Assembly: GCF_003334305.1 (NCBI RefSeq)
Contig: NZ_QOWS01000021.1
Reading direction: 5' to 3' (one strand)
Length of the DNA: 64,000 bases
Origin: Escherichia coli
Lineage (GTDB): Bacteria > Pseudomonadota > Gammaproteobacteria > Enterobacterales > Enterobacteriaceae
Shown: one piece after another, positions 33,356 through 45,756 of the stretch
Layout of the letters: each line of letters opens with the position of its first letter
Numbering within the stretch: the first letter of the stretch is position 1
Position numbers and translations under genes: made by a program
The notes under the pieces: model-generated
Told to the model about the DNA's origin: nothing
Seen by the model: only the letters and a program-made list of their open reading frames with translations
Database searches by the model: none

Positions 33356-33898
33356 TTATTCGTATCTCATAATAAAAGTCGCGTCAGCATTTGCTTGCCC
33401 TGCTGATGCACTTGTACCGGTGCCTTTATAACGTGCAGAAAAATGAAGAACGTTGGTCCCGGGGATCAAGTTCTGGTTGGTTGAGAAGCTATTCCCATCA
33501 GGTTTGAGAATTGCGGATGTATTATCAAGTATTTCAATACCGACACCCGTTGCTGTTGTTGTATTGGTACTGGATGCAATGGCCAATAAATTATCATTGA
33601 TTGCATCAGCCTGACCAGAAAATGCAACGGCAGCATTAGCGGCAACAACAGGATCGCAGTCGTTCAACTGAATGGTGAATGGAATTAATGCAGAGGTATT
33701 ACCAACAGCATTGAAAATATCGGTACGATATTGACCGAGTGTGACAACCTGGTCTGCCGAGTCAGTATTCACTGAACAGGCAGCATTCACCAGTTCGCCT
33801 TCAAAGTGAATTGTACCGCCATCTACAACGGCAGCATAACTACCCGTAGCGGCGAATAGTGCGGCAGCCAGCGCAGACGAAATAAATCTTAATTTCAT
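33356..33898 (-). CDS. sfmA: Type 1-like fimbrial major subunit SfmA
   Basis: ORF 33356..33931 trimmed to [28 protein letters not shown]...; 180 aa. Confidence 0.88.
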   Translation of the reverse strand: MKLRFISSALAAALFAATGSYAAVVDGGTIHFEGELVNAACSVNTDSADQVVTLGQYRTDIFNAVGNTSALIPFTIQLNDCDPVVAANAAVAFSGQADAINDNLLAIASSTNTTTATGVGIEILDNTSAILKPDGNSFSTNQNLIPGTNVLHFSARYKGTGTSASAGQANADATFIMRYE

Positions 33899-34378
33899 AT
33901 ATATTCCTTCAATCTCATTTATCGACTCCACATCCGTATATAACCGATTACTTTATTTAAGTCACTGATAGTAGTAAAATTCCTTTTTATCCTCTAAGAA
34001 TGTCTTAATTGAAAATATGCACTCTAATCTAAAAAATAGAGAGCCCCGTTAGATGAATACTTCCGCGCAAAATATATTCAACACAAATATAGACCTGAAG
34101 CGGTAAATCACCAGGCTGAAAATTCTTTTTATATTGTCAGGTATTTCTTAAATTATCTTAATCCTTAAACAAGGAAATAAATCAGTTCCAGATTTACAAC
34201 GCCATCATGGACGAAAAATGAAGCTTTCAATCTCAGCGACCTCAGCGACGGTGCGCCTAACCTTCGCAAGAGGTCGCTTCACGCGATAAATCTGAAACGA
34301 AACCTGACAGCGCGCCCCGCTTCTGACAAAATAGGCGCATCCCCTTCGACCTACGTAACAGATGGAATCCTCTCTCTG

Positions 34379-35245
34379 ATGGCAGCAAAGATTATTGACG
34401 GTAAAACGATTGCGCAGCAGGTGCGCTCTGAAGTTGCTCAAAAAGTTCAGGCGCGTATTGCAGCCGGACTGCGGGCACCAGGACTGGCCGTTGTGCTGGT
34501 GGGTAGTAACCCTGCATCGCAAATTTATGTCGCAAGCAAACGCAAGGCTTGTGAAGAAGTCGGGTTCGTCTCCCGCTCTTATGACCTCCCGGAAACCACC
34601 AGCGAAGCGGAGCTGTTGGAGCTTATCGATGCGCTGAATGCCGACAACACCATCGATGGCATTCTGGTTCAACTGCCGTTACCGGCGGGTATTGATAACG
34701 TCAAAGTGCTGGAACGTATTCATCCGGACAAAGACGTGGACGGTTTCCATCCTTACAACGTCGGTCGTCTGTGCCAGCGCGCGCCGCGTCTGCGTCCCTG
34801 CACCCCGCGCGGTATCGTCACGCTGCTTGAGCGTTACAACATTGATACCTTCGGCCTCAACGCCGTGGTGATTGGCGCATCGAATATCGTCGGTCGCCCA
34901 ATGAGCATGGAACTGTTGCTCGCAGGTTGCACCACTACCGTGACTCACCGCTTCACTAAAAATCTGCGTCATCACGTAGAAAATGCCGATCTGTTGATCG
35001 TTGCCGTTGGCAAGCCAGGCTTTATTCCCGGTGACTGGATCAAAGAAGGCGCAATTGTGATTGATGTCGGCATCAACCGTCTGGAAAATGGCAAAGTTGT
35101 GGGCGACGTCGTGTTTGAAGACGCGGCTAAACGCGCCTCATACATTACGCCTGTTCCCGGCGGCGTTGGCCCGATGACGGTTGCCACGCTGATTGAAAAC
35201 ACGCTACAGGCGTGCGTTGAATATCATGATCCACAGGATGAGTAA
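34379..35245 (+). CDS. folD: Bifunctional methylenetetrahydrofolate dehydrogenase/cyclohydrolase FolD
   Basis: 288 aa [51 protein letters not shown]... Confidence 0.95.
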
Positions 35246-35246
35246 C

Positions 35247-35459
35247 ATGGCGACATTTTCTTTAGGTAAACATCCGCACGTTGAGCTGTGCGACTTGCTG
35301 AAACTGGAAGGCTGGAGCGAAAGCGGCGCGCAGGCGAAAATCGCGATTGCCGAAGGCCAGGTGAAAGTCGACGGTGCGGTTGAAACGCGCAAACGCTGCA
35401 AAATCGTCGCCGGTCAGACAGTGAGTTTTGCAGGTCACAGCGTACAGGTTGTTGCCTGA
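35247..35459 (+). CDS. ybcJ: S4-domain RNA-binding protein YbcJ
   Basis: ORF 35193..35459 trimmed to MATFSLGKHPHVELCDLLKLEGWSESGAQAKIAIAEGQVKVDG...; 70 aa. Confidence 0.88.
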   Translation: MATFSLGKHPHVELCDLLKLEGWSESGAQAKIAIAEGQVKVDGAVETRKRCKIVAGQTVSFAGHSVQVVA

Positions 35460-35467
35460 TCCCTTTC

Positions 35468-35499
35468 CCGGCCTGTATCAACAGGCCGGTTCTCTTTTC
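35468..35499 (+). terminator. Rho-independent terminator after ybcJ
   Basis: ccggcctgtatcaacaggccgg hairpin followed by ttctcttttc. Confidence 0.7.
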
Positions 35500-35566
35500 A
35501 GACTTTTGCCCTCTACGCCCCGTTCATCCATGCTGATAGCATCGACATTTTGCCGAAGCGACCATC

Positions 35567-36088
35567 ATGCCAACCGTTATTACGCACGCCGCCGTTCCCC
35601 TATGCATTGGTTTAGGGTTGGGTTCGAAAGTCATCCCTCCGCGTCTGTTATTTGCCGGAATCATCCTGGCGATGCTGCCCGACGCCGACGTATTGTCGTT
35701 TAAATTTGGCGTTGCTTACGGCAATGTTTTTGGTCATCGCGGTTTTACCCATTCGCTGGTGTTTGCGTTTGTTGTCCCGCTGTTATGTGTGCTGATTGGA
35801 CGCCGATGGTTCAGGGCTGGGCTGATTTGCTGCTGGCTGTTTTTAACCGTCTCGTTGCTATCGCACAGCTTGCTGGATTCGGTAACCACTGGCGGTAAGG
35901 GCGTTGGCTGGCTGTGGCCGTGGTCAGATGAACGCTTTTTCGCTCCCTGGCAGGTGATTAAAGTCGCGCCGTTTGCATTGTCTCGTTACACCACGCCGTA
36001 CGGGCATCAGGTGATAATTTCTGAATTGATGTGGGTGTGGTTGCCGGGGATGGTGCTTATGGGAATGTTGTGGTGGCGCAGGCGATAA
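35567..36088 (+). CDS. ybcI: Inner membrane protein YbcI (metal-dependent hydrolase-like)
   Basis: 173 aa, hydrophobic; position between ybcJ and cysS as in K-12. Confidence 0.85.
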   Translation: MPTVITHAAVPLCIGLGLGSKVIPPRLLFAGIILAMLPDADVLSFKFGVAYGNVFGHRGFTHSLVFAFVVPLLCVLIGRRWFRAGLICCWLFLTVSLLSHSLLDSVTTGGKGVGWLWPWSDERFFAPWQVIKVAPFALSRYTTPYGHQVIISELMWVWLPGMVLMGMLWWRRR

Positions 36089-36123
36089 CCGGATGCGAAA
36101 ACTCGCATCCGGCAACAGCGCAA

Positions 36124-37509
36124 TTACTTACGACGCCAGGTGGTCCCTTGCGGGCCATCTTCCAGCACGATCCCCATCTCGTTAAGACGGTCACGCGCCG
36201 CATCTGCCGCCGCCCAGTCTTTCGCTTTACGGGCATCCAGACGCTGTTGAATTAACGCTTCAATCTCAGCCACTTCGCTGTCGTCTGCCTGCGCGCCGCT
36301 TTGCAGGAACGCTTCCGGTTCTTGCTCCAGCAGGCCCAATACAGCGGAAAGTTTACGCAGGTGAGATGCCATTGCATTCGCCGCTGCCATATCTTCTGCT
36401 TTCAGACGGTTTACTTCACGCGCCATATCAAACAGTACGGAATAGGCTTCCGGGGTGTTGAAATCGTCGTCCATCGCTTCAATAAAGCGCGCTTCAAACG
36501 CTTCGCCACCGGCAGGCGCAACGGTTTTATCTGTGCCGCGCAGCGCAGTGTAGAGACGCTCCAGCGCCGCACGCGCCTGCTTCAGGTTCTCTTCGCTGTA
36601 GTTCAACTGGCTGCGATAGTGGCCCGACATCAGGAAGTAACGCACGGTTTCCGCGTCGTAGTATTTCAGCACATCGCGCACGGTAAAGAAGTTACCCAGC
36701 GATTTGGACATCTTCTCGCGGTCAACCATCACCATCCCCGAGTGCATCCAGTAGTTCACATACTGGCCATCATGGGCACAGGTGGACTGCGCGATTTCGT
36801 TCTCGTGGTGCGGGAACATCAGGTCTGAACCGCCGCCGTGGATATCAAAGTGGTTACCCAGCTGCTTGCAGTTCATTGCCGAACATTCAATGTGCCAGCC
36901 TGGACGGCCCGCGCCCCACGGAGACGGCCAGCTCGGTTCGCCCTCTTTCGACATCTTCCACAGAACGAAGTCCATCGGGTTGCGTTTGTCGTCGACCACG
37001 TCAACGCGCGCACCTGCCTGCAGCTGGTCGAGATCCTGACGCGACAGCACGCCATATGTCGGATCGGTCGGGACGTCGAACATCACGTCGCCGTTGTCCG
37101 CCACATAAGCGTGACCTTTGGCGATCAGTTGTTCAGTGAGTTCAATAATTTCTGCGATATGGTGCGTCGCGCGCGGCTCCATATCCGGGCGCAGAATGTT
37201 CAAAGCATCAAAATCTTTGTGCATTTCGGCGATCATGCGATCCACCAGCGCCACAAAGCTTTCGCCATTTTCATTGGCGCGTTTGATGATTTTGTCGTCG
37301 ATATCGGTAATGTTGCGCACATACTTCAGTTTATAGCCGAGGAAACGCAGATAGCGCGCAACCACGTCAAAAGCAACAAAGGTACGCCCGTGACCGATAT
37401 GACAGAGATCGTAAACGGTGATTCCACACACATACATGCCGACTTCCCCGGCGTGAATAGGCTTAAATTCCTCTTTTTGGCGTGTCAGAGTATTGAAGAT
37501 TTTTAGCAT
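36124..37509 (-). CDS. cysS: Cysteine--tRNA ligase
   Basis: 461 aa [48 protein letters not shown]... (HIGH motif) and KMSKS. Confidence 0.96.
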
Positions 37510-37682
37510 CGAAGATTCCGTTTAGACATGTGTGGGTAATTGAGTTGCGTATAATACCCATATTTCCCGCGCGAATCAGCATACATTGCGTGATGATCCG
37601 ATCGTGCGGTTATGCTATAACACCACCCTATATATGACCCGAACTGGGTTGAAGCACCAATCAAACGGAACAGGATGCAAAA

Positions 37683-38177
37683 ATGGTTACTTTCCACACC
37701 AATCACGGCGATATTGTCATCAAAACTTTTGACGATAAAGCACCTGAAACAGTTAAAAACTTCCTGGACTACTGCCGCGAAGGTTTTTACAACAACACCA
37801 TTTTCCACCGTGTTATCAACGGCTTTATGATTCAGGGCGGCGGTTTTGAACCGGGCATGAAACAAAAAGCCACCAAAGAACCGATCAAAAACGAAGCCAA
37901 CAACGGCCTGAAAAATACCCGTGGTACGCTGGCAATGGCACGTACTCAGGCTCCGCACTCTGCAACTGCACAGTTCTTCATCAACGTGGTTGATAACGAC
38001 TTCCTGAACTTCTCTGGCGAAAGCCTGCAAGGTTGGGGCTACTGCGTGTTTGCTGAAGTGGTTGACGGCATGGACGTGGTAGACAAAATCAAAGGTGTTG
38101 CAACCGGTCGTAGCGGTATGCACCAGGACGTGCCAAAAGAAGACGTTATCATTGAAAGCGTGACCGTTAGCGAGTAA
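37683..38177 (+). CDS. ppiB: Peptidyl-prolyl cis-trans isomerase B (cyclophilin)
   Basis: 164 aa [54 protein letters not shown]... Confidence 0.95.
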
Positions 38178-38179
38178 TC

Positions 38180-38902
38180 GTGGCGACACTCTTTATTGCA
38201 GATCTTCATCTCTGCGTGGAAGAACCGGCGATCACCGCCGGTTTTCTGCGTTTTTTAGCGGGGGAAGCCCGCAAGGCCGACGCGCTGTATATTCTTGGCG
38301 ATCTGTTTGAAGCATGGATTGGCGACGACGATCCCAACCCACTCCATCGCCAGATGGCGGCAGCGATCAAAGCGGTGTCCGATTCCGGCGTTCCCTGTTA
38401 TTTCATTCATGGCAACCGTGATTTTCTGCTCGGCAAACGCTTTGCCCGTGAAAGCGGCATGACATTATTGCCGGAAGAAAAGGTGCTCGAACTTTATGGT
38501 CGCCGGGTGTTGATTATGCATGGCGACACGCTGTGCACCGATGACGCGGGTTATCAGGCTTTTCGCGCCAAAGTCCACAAACCCTGGCTGCAAATGCTAT
38601 TCCTCGCCCTGCCGTTGTTTGTGCGCAAACGCATTGCCGCGCGAATGCGAGCGAACAGTAAAGAAGCCAACAGCAGTAAATCGCTGGCGATCATGGACGT
38701 TAACCAAAACGCGGTAGTCAGTGCGATGGAAAAACATCAGGTGCAATGGCTGATCCACGGACATACCCATCGCCCGGCGGTACATGAACTTATCGCCAAC
38801 CAGCAACCTGCTTTTCGCGTGGTACTCGGTGCCTGGCATACGGAAGGTTCGATGGTGAAAGTCACGGCGGATGACGTTGAGCTGATTCATTTTCCGTTTT
38901 AA
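38180..38902 (+). CDS. lpxH: UDP-2,3-diacylglucosamine hydrolase LpxH
   Basis: 240 aa [50 protein letters not shown]... Confidence 0.95.
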
Positions 38903-38932
38903 AAAACCCACAACTTTGCTGATTTCACAGCC

Positions 38933-38948
38933 ACGCAACCGTTTTCCT
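38933..38948 (+). promoter_or_regulatory. Candidate PurR operator (PUR box) upstream of purE
   Basis: acgcaaccgttttcct resembles the PUR box consensus ACGCAAACGTTTTCNT with one mismatch. Confidence 0.5.
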
Positions 38949-39019
38949 TGCTCTCTTTCCGTGCTATTCTCTGTGCCCTCTAAAGCCGAGAGTTGTGCAC
39001 CACAGGAGTTTTAAGACGC

Positions 39020-39529
39020 ATGTCTTCCCGCAATAATCCGGCGCGTGTCGCCATCGTGATGGGGTCCAAAAGCGACTGGGCTACCATGCAGTTCGCCGCC
39101 GAAATCTTCGAAATCCTGAATGTCCCGCACCACGTTGAAGTGGTTTCTGCTCACCGCACCCCCGATAAACTGTTCAGCTTCGCCGAAAGCGCCGAAGAGA
39201 ACGGTTATCAGGTGATTATTGCGGGCGCAGGTGGCGCAGCGCACCTGCCAGGCATGATTGCCGCCAAAACGCTGGTGCCGGTGCTGGGCGTGCCAGTACA
39301 GAGCGCCGCACTGAGCGGTGTCGATAGCCTCTACTCCATCGTACAAATGCCGCGCGGCATTCCGGTGGGTACGCTGGCGATTGGTAAAGCTGGCGCGGCA
39401 AACGCGGCATTACTGGCAGCACAAATTCTCGCGACTCACGATAAAGAGCTACACCAGCGTCTGAATGACTGGCGCAAAGCCCAGACCGACGAAGTGCTGG
39501 AAAACCCGGACCCGCGAGGTGCGGCATGA
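39020..39529 (+). CDS. purE: N5-carboxyaminoimidazole ribonucleotide mutase PurE
   Basis: ORF 38993..39529 trimmed to ATG 39020 with [59 protein letters not shown]... Confidence 0.95.
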   Translation: MSSRNNPARVAIVMGSKSDWATMQFAAEIFEILNVPHHVEVVSAHRTPDKLFSFAESAEENGYQVIIAGAGGAAHLPGMIAAKTLVPVLGVPVQSAALSGVDSLYSIVQMPRGIPVGTLAIGKAGAANAALLAAQILATHDKELHQRLNDWRKAQTDEVLENPDPRGAA

Positions 39530-40593
39530 AACAGGTTTGCGTCCTCGGTAACGGGCAGTTAGGCCGTATGCTGCGTCAGGCAGGCGAACCGTTAGGCATT
39601 GCTGTCTGGCCGGTCGGGCTGGACGCTGAACCGGCGGCGGTGCCTTTTCAACAAAGCGTGATTACCGCTGAGATCGAACGCTGGCCGGAAACCGCATTAA
39701 CCCGCGAGCTGGCGCGTCATCCGGCCTTTGTGAACCGCGATGTGTTCCCGATTATTGCCGACCGTCTGACTCAGAAGCAGCTTTTCGATAAGCTCCACCT
39801 GCCGACCGCACCGTGGCAGTTACTTGCCGATCGCAGCGAGTGGCCTGCGGTGTTTGAGCGTTTAGGTGAACTGGCGATTGTTAAGCGTCGCACTGGTGGC
39901 TATGACGGTCGCGGTCAATGGCGTTTACGTGCCAATGAAACCGAACAGTTACCGGCAGAGTGTTACGGCGAATGTATTGTCGAGCAGGGCATTAACTTCT
40001 CTGGTGAAGTGTCGCTGGTTGGCGCACGCGGATTTGATGGCAGCACCGTGTTTTATCCGCTGACGCATAACCTGCATCAGGACGGTATTTTGCGCACCAG
40101 CGTCGCTTTTCCGCAGGCCAATGCGCAGCAGCAAGCGCAAGCCGAAGAGATGCTGTCGGCGATTATGCAGGAGCTGGGCTATGTGGGCGTGATGGCGATG
40201 GAGTGTTTTGTCACCCCGCAAGGTCTGCTGATCAACGAACTGGCACCGCGTGTGCATAACAGCGGTCACTGGACACAAAACGGTGCCAGCATCAGCCAGT
40301 TTGAGCTGCATCTGCGGGCGATTACCGATCTGCCGTTACCGCAACCGGTAGTGAATAGTCCGTCGGTGATGATCAACCTGATTGGTAGCGATGTGAATTA
40401 TGACTGGCTGAAACTGCCGCTGGTGCATCTGCACTGGTACGACAAAGAAGTCCGTCCGGGGCGTAAAGTGGGGCATCTGAATTTGACCGACAGCGACACA
40501 TCGCGTCTGACTGCGACGCTGGAAGCCTTAATCCCGCTGCTGCCGCCGGAATATGCCAGCGGCGTGATTTGGGCGCAGAGTAAGTTCGGTTAA
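39526..40593 (+). CDS. purK: N5-carboxyaminoimidazole ribonucleotide synthase PurK
   Basis: 355 aa [36 protein letters not shown]...; ATP-grasp; overlaps purE stop. Confidence 0.95.
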   Translation: MKQVCVLGNGQLGRMLRQAGEPLGIAVWPVGLDAEPAAVPFQQSVITAEIERWPETALTRELARHPAFVNRDVFPIIADRLTQKQLFDKLHLPTAPWQLLADRSEWPAVFERLGELAIVKRRTGGYDGRGQWRLRANETEQLPAECYGECIVEQGINFSGEVSLVGARGFDGSTVFYPLTHNLHQDGILRTSVAFPQANAQQQAQAEEMLSAIMQELGYVGVMAMECFVTPQGLLINELAPRVHNSGHWTQNGASISQFELHLRAITDLPLPQPVVNSPSVMINLIGSDVNYDWLKLPLVHLHWYDKEVRPGRKVGHLNLTDSDTSRLTATLEALIPLLPPEYASGVIWAQSKFG

Positions 40594-40609
40594 CTGGTGC
40601 TCTATTCTT

Positions 40610-40768
<159 letters not shown>

Positions 40769-40787
40769 AAATGTCTAATGCCTACGA

Positions 40788-41681
40788 CTACAGCGAAATA
40801 CAGGTCCCCGCTTCGCCCGCCAGCGTCTCTTCAATTCGCGATAACGCCCCAATCCACGCGGGTTTACCACGGCTTCTGACATAACCACTTACCGCCGTTA
40901 CCTTCGGCCCCATCGAACCATCGGCTTTGGCAAATGGCGCTAACTCATCCGGTGTGGCATGGCGAATGGCGCGTTGCTGCGGCGTTCCCCAGTTTTCATA
41001 TACCGCATCAGCATCGGTGAGGATCACCAGCCCATCGGCGTTAATCTGCTCGGCAAGCAAGGCAGCGGCGAGATCTTTATCAATCACCGCTTCACTCCCT
41101 GCCCCATCTTCCGTCACAGGCACACCGCCGCCGCCACTGCAAATCACCACATGCCCCTCTTTGAGCAACAACTCGATGGCTTCGCTGTCGAGAATTTTAC
41201 GCGGTTGCGGAGACGCCACCACCCGGCGCAAATATTTACCATCACGTTTCATCTGCCAGCCGTAAGCCGCTTCCAGTGCCTTTTGTTCTTCTGGCTGATA
41301 AACCGGACCAATAAATTTCTCTGGCTGCAAAAACGCCGGATCATCAGGCGAAACCTCAATGCGCGTCAGCACCGTCGTGACAGGCGGCATCTGCGGCTGT
41401 GCGCTCAAACTCTGCGCCAGCATATAGCCAATCATCCCCTGGCTTTCCGCCACCAGCACATCCAGCGGATACGGATCTACCTCTTTCCACGCCAGATTCT
41501 GCAATGCCAGCAGCCCCACCTGCGGCCCATTGCCGTGAACAATCGCCAGCCGATAAGAACGGGCCAGGCGCGCCAGCGCGGGTACAGCACTGGCGATATT
41601 GCGATATTGATTTTCTGCCGTCAGCGCCTCACCGCGCTGGAGTAAGGCGTTGCCCCCAAGAGCTACAACCAGTGTTTTCAT
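40788..41681 (-). CDS. ybcF: Carbamate kinase-like protein YbcF
   Basis: 297 aa [56 protein letters not shown]... Confidence 0.9.
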   Translation of the reverse strand: MKTLVVALGGNALLQRGEALTAENQYRNIASAVPALARLARSYRLAIVHGNGPQVGLLALQNLAWKEVDPYPLDVLVAESQGMIGYMLAQSLSAQPQMPPVTTVLTRIEVSPDDPAFLQPEKFIGPVYQPEEQKALEAAYGWQMKRDGKYLRRVVASPQPRKILDSEAIELLLKEGHVVICSGGGGVPVTEDGAGSEAVIDKDLAAALLAEQINADGLVILTDADAVYENWGTPQQRAIRHATPDELAPFAKADGSMGPKVTAVSGYVRSRGKPAWIGALSRIEETLAGEAGTCISL

Positions 41682-42493
41682 GGTGTTCCTTGTAATAATT
41701 GTTGACCAAGCCAGAACCCCAGCAGCGTATCTGCCCCTGACGTGTGCCCCAGCGCCAGCAGCGAATCAATCGCAACAGCGGTACGTTTCGGGCAACTCAG
41801 AGCATGAACAAAGTGCAGGAGTGGCGAGGCGAAATATCCTTGCGCGGCATAACGTAAATAACTGACGCTCACCGCTGTGGTAACGAGTTGCAGATTGTCG
41901 GAACAGGCAAAAAACTGGCGACCGGAGCGCGCATCTAAAGCGCCATAATACCAGGCCGCCAGCAGCATTCCGCTCAGCGTGTCATCATGACTCGGCGTTA
42001 ATCCGGGGCCTTTACCCAGCCAGTGCCGCCAGTCGGTCTTAACGCCATTGAGCGCGGCCTGAAAACAGTGACGAAACTGGCGTAACTCAGCAGGCAGCGG
42101 ATCGCTTGCCGCCAACGCCAGTGGCCCGAAAAGCCCGGTTTCCTCCGCGCGTTGCATCCATGCAGCTGCAAGTGGTTGAGGATGCGCAGGCGGCGTAATA
42201 CGCAGCAAACAATAACGCTGTGGCTGTTTAACCGTGAAACGCCCGAGGCGAATCCCTTGAGCCACAACCTGTGGTCGTTCATTGCCGCATAATCCACCGC
42301 ATAACGCATCGAATTGCGCACGGCGAAGCATCCATCCTCCGGGGCCGAAACCACTACCCTGACGATGCAGCGTTAACAGTTCGCCGCTTTCCGTCATCAG
42401 GTTAATCGCCCGTCGCCACACTCCCGCTAACCGCCAGGACTGGCGATAATTCGGTGCACTACGGCTGGCAAGCAGAGGATGGATGATCGTCAT
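41678..42493 (-). CDS. ylbF: DUF2877 protein YlbF
   Basis: ORF 41678..42586 trimmed to [20 protein letters not shown]...; 271 aa; position between ybcF and ylbE. Confidence 0.75.
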   Translation of the reverse strand: MTIIHPLLASRSAPNYRQSWRLAGVWRRAINLMTESGELLTLHRQGSGFGPGGWMLRRAQFDALCGGLCGNERPQVVAQGIRLGRFTVKQPQRYCLLRITPPAHPQPLAAAWMQRAEETGLFGPLALAASDPLPAELRQFRHCFQAALNGVKTDWRHWLGKGPGLTPSHDDTLSGMLLAAWYYGALDARSGRQFFACSDNLQLVTTAVSVSYLRYAAQGYFASPLLHFVHALSCPKRTAVAIDSLLALGHTSGADTLLGFWLGQQLLQGTP

Positions 42494-42503
42494 TGCGCGT
42501 TCC

Positions 42504-43763
42504 TCAACCAATCCCCATGCTTTCAGCCAGTGCTTCCAGCGCCTGTTCAAAACACGCCAGCGGTGCCCGCACAGTGCCTGCGCCAATCTGCCCGATCCCC
42601 GCCTCTTTATGGGCGATACCGGTATTGATGAGTGGCGTAATGCCGGTTTCTACCACGCGACGAATGTCCAGTCCCAGGCACGCGCCCTGAAAATCCCAGC
42701 CTGGGATCTGCAACTGCATATTGCGCTCAAGGTAAATTTCCGCCATCTCTTCAGATACCGCTCTGGCCGCTTCCATGCCACCCGCACCGACAAAGCGCGT
42801 TACGCCAGGCGCTGCGATCATTGCCGCACCTCCGATACCAAAGGTTTCGGTAATCGCGCTATCGCCCATATCCGGGTTCGCCTGCTCCTGCGAGAAGCCG
42901 GTGAAAAACAGACCTTGCGGAGTGTTTACAGGCGCAGTAAACCAGCGTTCGCCCAGCCCGCTTACCCGAATCCCGAACATATTGCCGTTGCGGGTCATTG
43001 CCGTGACGATGCTGCCTGCGCGGATCATCGCGCCAGCATCCATCGCCGCCTTGCAGTAAGCCATCGCGAGGTTGAGGAAGAACTGATCGGTCACGCTGAG
43101 GAAATCCATCACTTCGGCGATGTGCTGTTTATCATGATCGAGGCGAGCAATTTGTGGGGCCAGCGCACGCATTAACAGTGCAGAGGAAGCAATATTGCGT
43201 TGATGGAACTCATCGCCCATCGTAATGCCCTGCGCCATCATCGCCGTGAGATCGATACCGCGCTCCATGCGCCCCAGCGCCGCGCTTAATACTGGCATTA
43301 ACACATCGCGCATCCAGCGATGGCGAGTCAGGACATCTTCGCCGTAAGCGCCAAAACGCATCACTTTGCCGATACCTTCGTTGAGGTTGCAGTACGCCCG
43401 GTTGCCGTCGGTCACGTTCTCGACCACCAGCATCGGCATACTGGCAGAAGTAATGCCGCCCATTGGCCCGACGGCATTCACATGGTGACAAGGAATGAAG
43501 TTCACTTCCCCCTGCTCCAGCATTGCCAGTGCCTGCGCTTCATCTTTCGCCCAGCCTTCAAACAGACATGCACCCACACATGCCCCTTTCATTGGCCCGG
43601 TCATCTCCTGCCAGCGCATTGGCGGCCCGGCGTGAAGCAGTGTTTTGCCCTGGTTTAGTTCGCTGATAAGTGAAGAAGCCGGTTGCACATCCAGCCAGTG
43701 TGGACGAGCGCGACGAATTTGTTCGATAACCGCAGCATTGGCTTGCGCCACTGATGTAAACAT
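42504..43763 (-). CDS. ylbE: DUF1116 protein YlbE (apparently intact, 419 aa)
   Basis: 419 aa [48 protein letters not shown]...; position between ylbF and fdrA. Confidence 0.8.
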   Translation of the reverse strand: MFTSVAQANAAVIEQIRRARPHWLDVQPASSLISELNQGKTLLHAGPPMRWQEMTGPMKGACVGACLFEGWAKDEAQALAMLEQGEVNFIPCHHVNAVGPMGGITSASMPMLVVENVTDGNRAYCNLNEGIGKVMRFGAYGEDVLTRHRWMRDVLMPVLSAALGRMERGIDLTAMMAQGITMGDEFHQRNIASSALLMRALAPQIARLDHDKQHIAEVMDFLSVTDQFFLNLAMAYCKAAMDAGAMIRAGSIVTAMTRNGNMFGIRVSGLGERWFTAPVNTPQGLFFTGFSQEQANPDMGDSAITETFGIGGAAMIAAPGVTRFVGAGGMEAARAVSEEMAEIYLERNMQLQIPGWDFQGACLGLDIRRVVETGITPLINTGIAHKEAGIGQIGAGTVRAPLACFEQALEALAESMGIG

Positions 43764-43772
43764 GGGAACCCC

Positions 43773-45440
43773 TTATTGCAAACGTTCTAATAAACGAGCC
43801 AGTTTTTTATTGCCGCCGGCGACTGGCGACCATTGGTAATGCACAACCGGTTTGCTGGCGCTTTGTAGCTCCAGCGCAAAGCTGCGTAATCCGATGTTAA
43901 TCACGGCGACGTTTTCCAGTAATGACGGTGTGTGTTGCTGTGTGGCAGACGAGAGCGGATGAATTAACGCTGCCGCCAGCAAGGTGGCTTCCGGCAGCGA
44001 ACTCACTACCGCGATCCCCGCATCTTCCAGCGTGGCGATTTGCTGCGAGCGGCATTGCGGGTCACGTTCGGTACCTGTCACCGTGGCAATGGCGTACAGT
44101 GGTTGGCTGTCTGAACGCGCGGCACAGGCTTTTTGCCAGGCGCTCACCAGCGAGGCAGCAGGATCGGCGGTCGCACCGAAGCCAATCACGACATCAAGCA
44201 GCAATACGCGCACTTGCGGTTTAGCGCCGAGATCGGCAATTAACTGGTTGCGTAAGGCTGGGTCGATCATCGGATGGGGACGCCCGACGGTGTAGAAATC
44301 ATCGCCCAGATCAATGATCTGGTGACCATCGGCGTCCAGCATCATGCCGTGATGATGGGTATCGTCGGCTTCCACGCCAAGGTGCCCGGCAAGTAATCCC
44401 GCCGCTTCGGCAGCAAGCGTACCGCCGGTATACAAACCGCAAATAAATCCGCTGCTGACAGGCGCTATTGCGTTACGTCGCGCCGTGACGCGTGAAAGCA
44501 GGCAAGCCAGGCGTGCGGCCTCATCCAGCGAGGAGGCAAACCAGACATTCTCGTCGCGGGCCACCGCCGGGGTATAACCTAAAAACAGCGCCACCGTCGG
44601 TTTGCCGGTTGCTTTCATGGCATTAACAATTTTCAGACGCACAGCTTCGGCAGGCGGTTTTGAAACAAATGCCAGCACTTCGCTTTTCTCGTCTGCACTG
44701 AGCATTTCCAGCGCCGTCAGCGCACTGATGCCGCCCACTTCACGGCTGAGGTCGCGCCCGCCAAGGCCAATCGCGTGAGTAATTCCCTCCCCTGCCAGCG
44801 CAATCTGTGAGCACAGCTCCTGAATCCCGGTACCGGAAGCGCCAATGACGCCAATGTTGCCTTCCGGCATCACGTTAGCAAAAGCCAGCGGCGTGGCGGC
44901 AATCATCGACGTACCGCAGTCCGGCCCCATCACCAGCAAGCCTTTTTCTCGCGCGCGGGTTTTAAGTTGGATTTCATCTTCCAGCGTGACGTTATCGGAG
45001 AACATCATCACGTTGAGGTTGCGATCCAGCGCCTGATTCGCCAGCTCCGCCGCATACTCGCCAGCCACTGAAATCAGCGCCAGATTGGCATCGGATAATT
45101 TCTGACAGGCACTGTCCCAGCGACGCACCTGCGTCAAGGACTGGCTGCTGCCTGACCCCTGCGCCAGTTGTTTTAGCGCCTCTTCAAGCTGCTGCATAAT
45201 CGCCTGCGCGATCCCCGCATCCGCCGCTTCGCTACGTATTGCCACGCAAATATCGTTCGGCGTGGCGTTATTAAAATCGTCATGCCAGAAACCTGTGGTA
45301 TCTAATAACGCTTTATTGGCGGGCGTACCCATCATTACGGAAACATCATCAACATTTTCTGATTCGCTGAGTTTTCGTGAAATAATCATTAAACTGACCG
45401 AATCCTGAAAACACCCTTTTTTAATAAAGGCGTGGATCAT
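43773..45440 (-). CDS. fdrA: FdrA (CoA-binding/succinyl-CoA synthetase-like)
   Basis: 555 aa MIHAFIKKGCFQDSVSLMIISRKLSESENVDDVSVMMGTPANKALL... Confidence 0.9.
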   Translation of the reverse strand: MIHAFIKKGCFQDSVSLMIISRKLSESENVDDVSVMMGTPANKALLDTTGFWHDDFNNATPNDICVAIRSEAADAGIAQAIMQQLEEALKQLAQGSGSSQSLTQVRRWDSACQKLSDANLALISVAGEYAAELANQALDRNLNVMMFSDNVTLEDEIQLKTRAREKGLLVMGPDCGTSMIAATPLAFANVMPEGNIGVIGASGTGIQELCSQIALAGEGITHAIGLGGRDLSREVGGISALTALEMLSADEKSEVLAFVSKPPAEAVRLKIVNAMKATGKPTVALFLGYTPAVARDENVWFASSLDEAARLACLLSRVTARRNAIAPVSSGFICGLYTGGTLAAEAAGLLAGHLGVEADDTHHHGMMLDADGHQIIDLGDDFYTVGRPHPMIDPALRNQLIADLGAKPQVRVLLLDVVIGFGATADPAASLVSAWQKACAARSDSQPLYAIATVTGTERDPQCRSQQIATLEDAGIAVVSSLPEATLLAAALIHPLSSATQQHTPSLLENVAVINIGLRSFALELQSASKPVVHYQWSPVAGGNKKLARLLERLQ

Positions 45441-45756
45441 AACAACTCCTTAAAAATTGCACCCATGGCAATTGCACGAGCAGTGTTAATGTGGCGATTA
45501 CGGTATCGATGACAACGGGTAAATAAGGTGATGAATATCACACAGGGATTATTAACAAAAGAATTCAAATAACCGCCAGGCTATTACGCATTATTTTTTA
45601 ATAAGCGTGGTTGTTTTAAAAATCAGGTTAAAAGTGAGCGGATTATCAAATAAATTCTAACTATATTTTTTTGCCTGTCTGGATCACATAATCCAGATAT
45701 TTTCCCTGTATGTTAATTGCAGTCATGCTTCACACCGTCGTTAAAAAGGAAGACAG

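Noticed and set aside
34205-34672. 155-aa minus-strand ORF overlapping folD start
   Set aside because: Antisense to the 5' end of folD and its upstream region; no support
36301-37506. Several plus-strand ORFs (175 aa, 222 aa, others) inside cysS
   Set aside because: All antisense to cysS, which matches Cys-tRNA ligase throughout
40927-41645. Plus-strand ORFs (112 aa, 228 aa) inside ybcF
   Set aside because: Antisense to carbamate kinase-like gene; Arg/His-rich translation typical of GC-rich antisense frames
42483-43175. 230-aa plus-strand ORF inside ylbE
   Set aside because: Antisense to ylbE; no start signals
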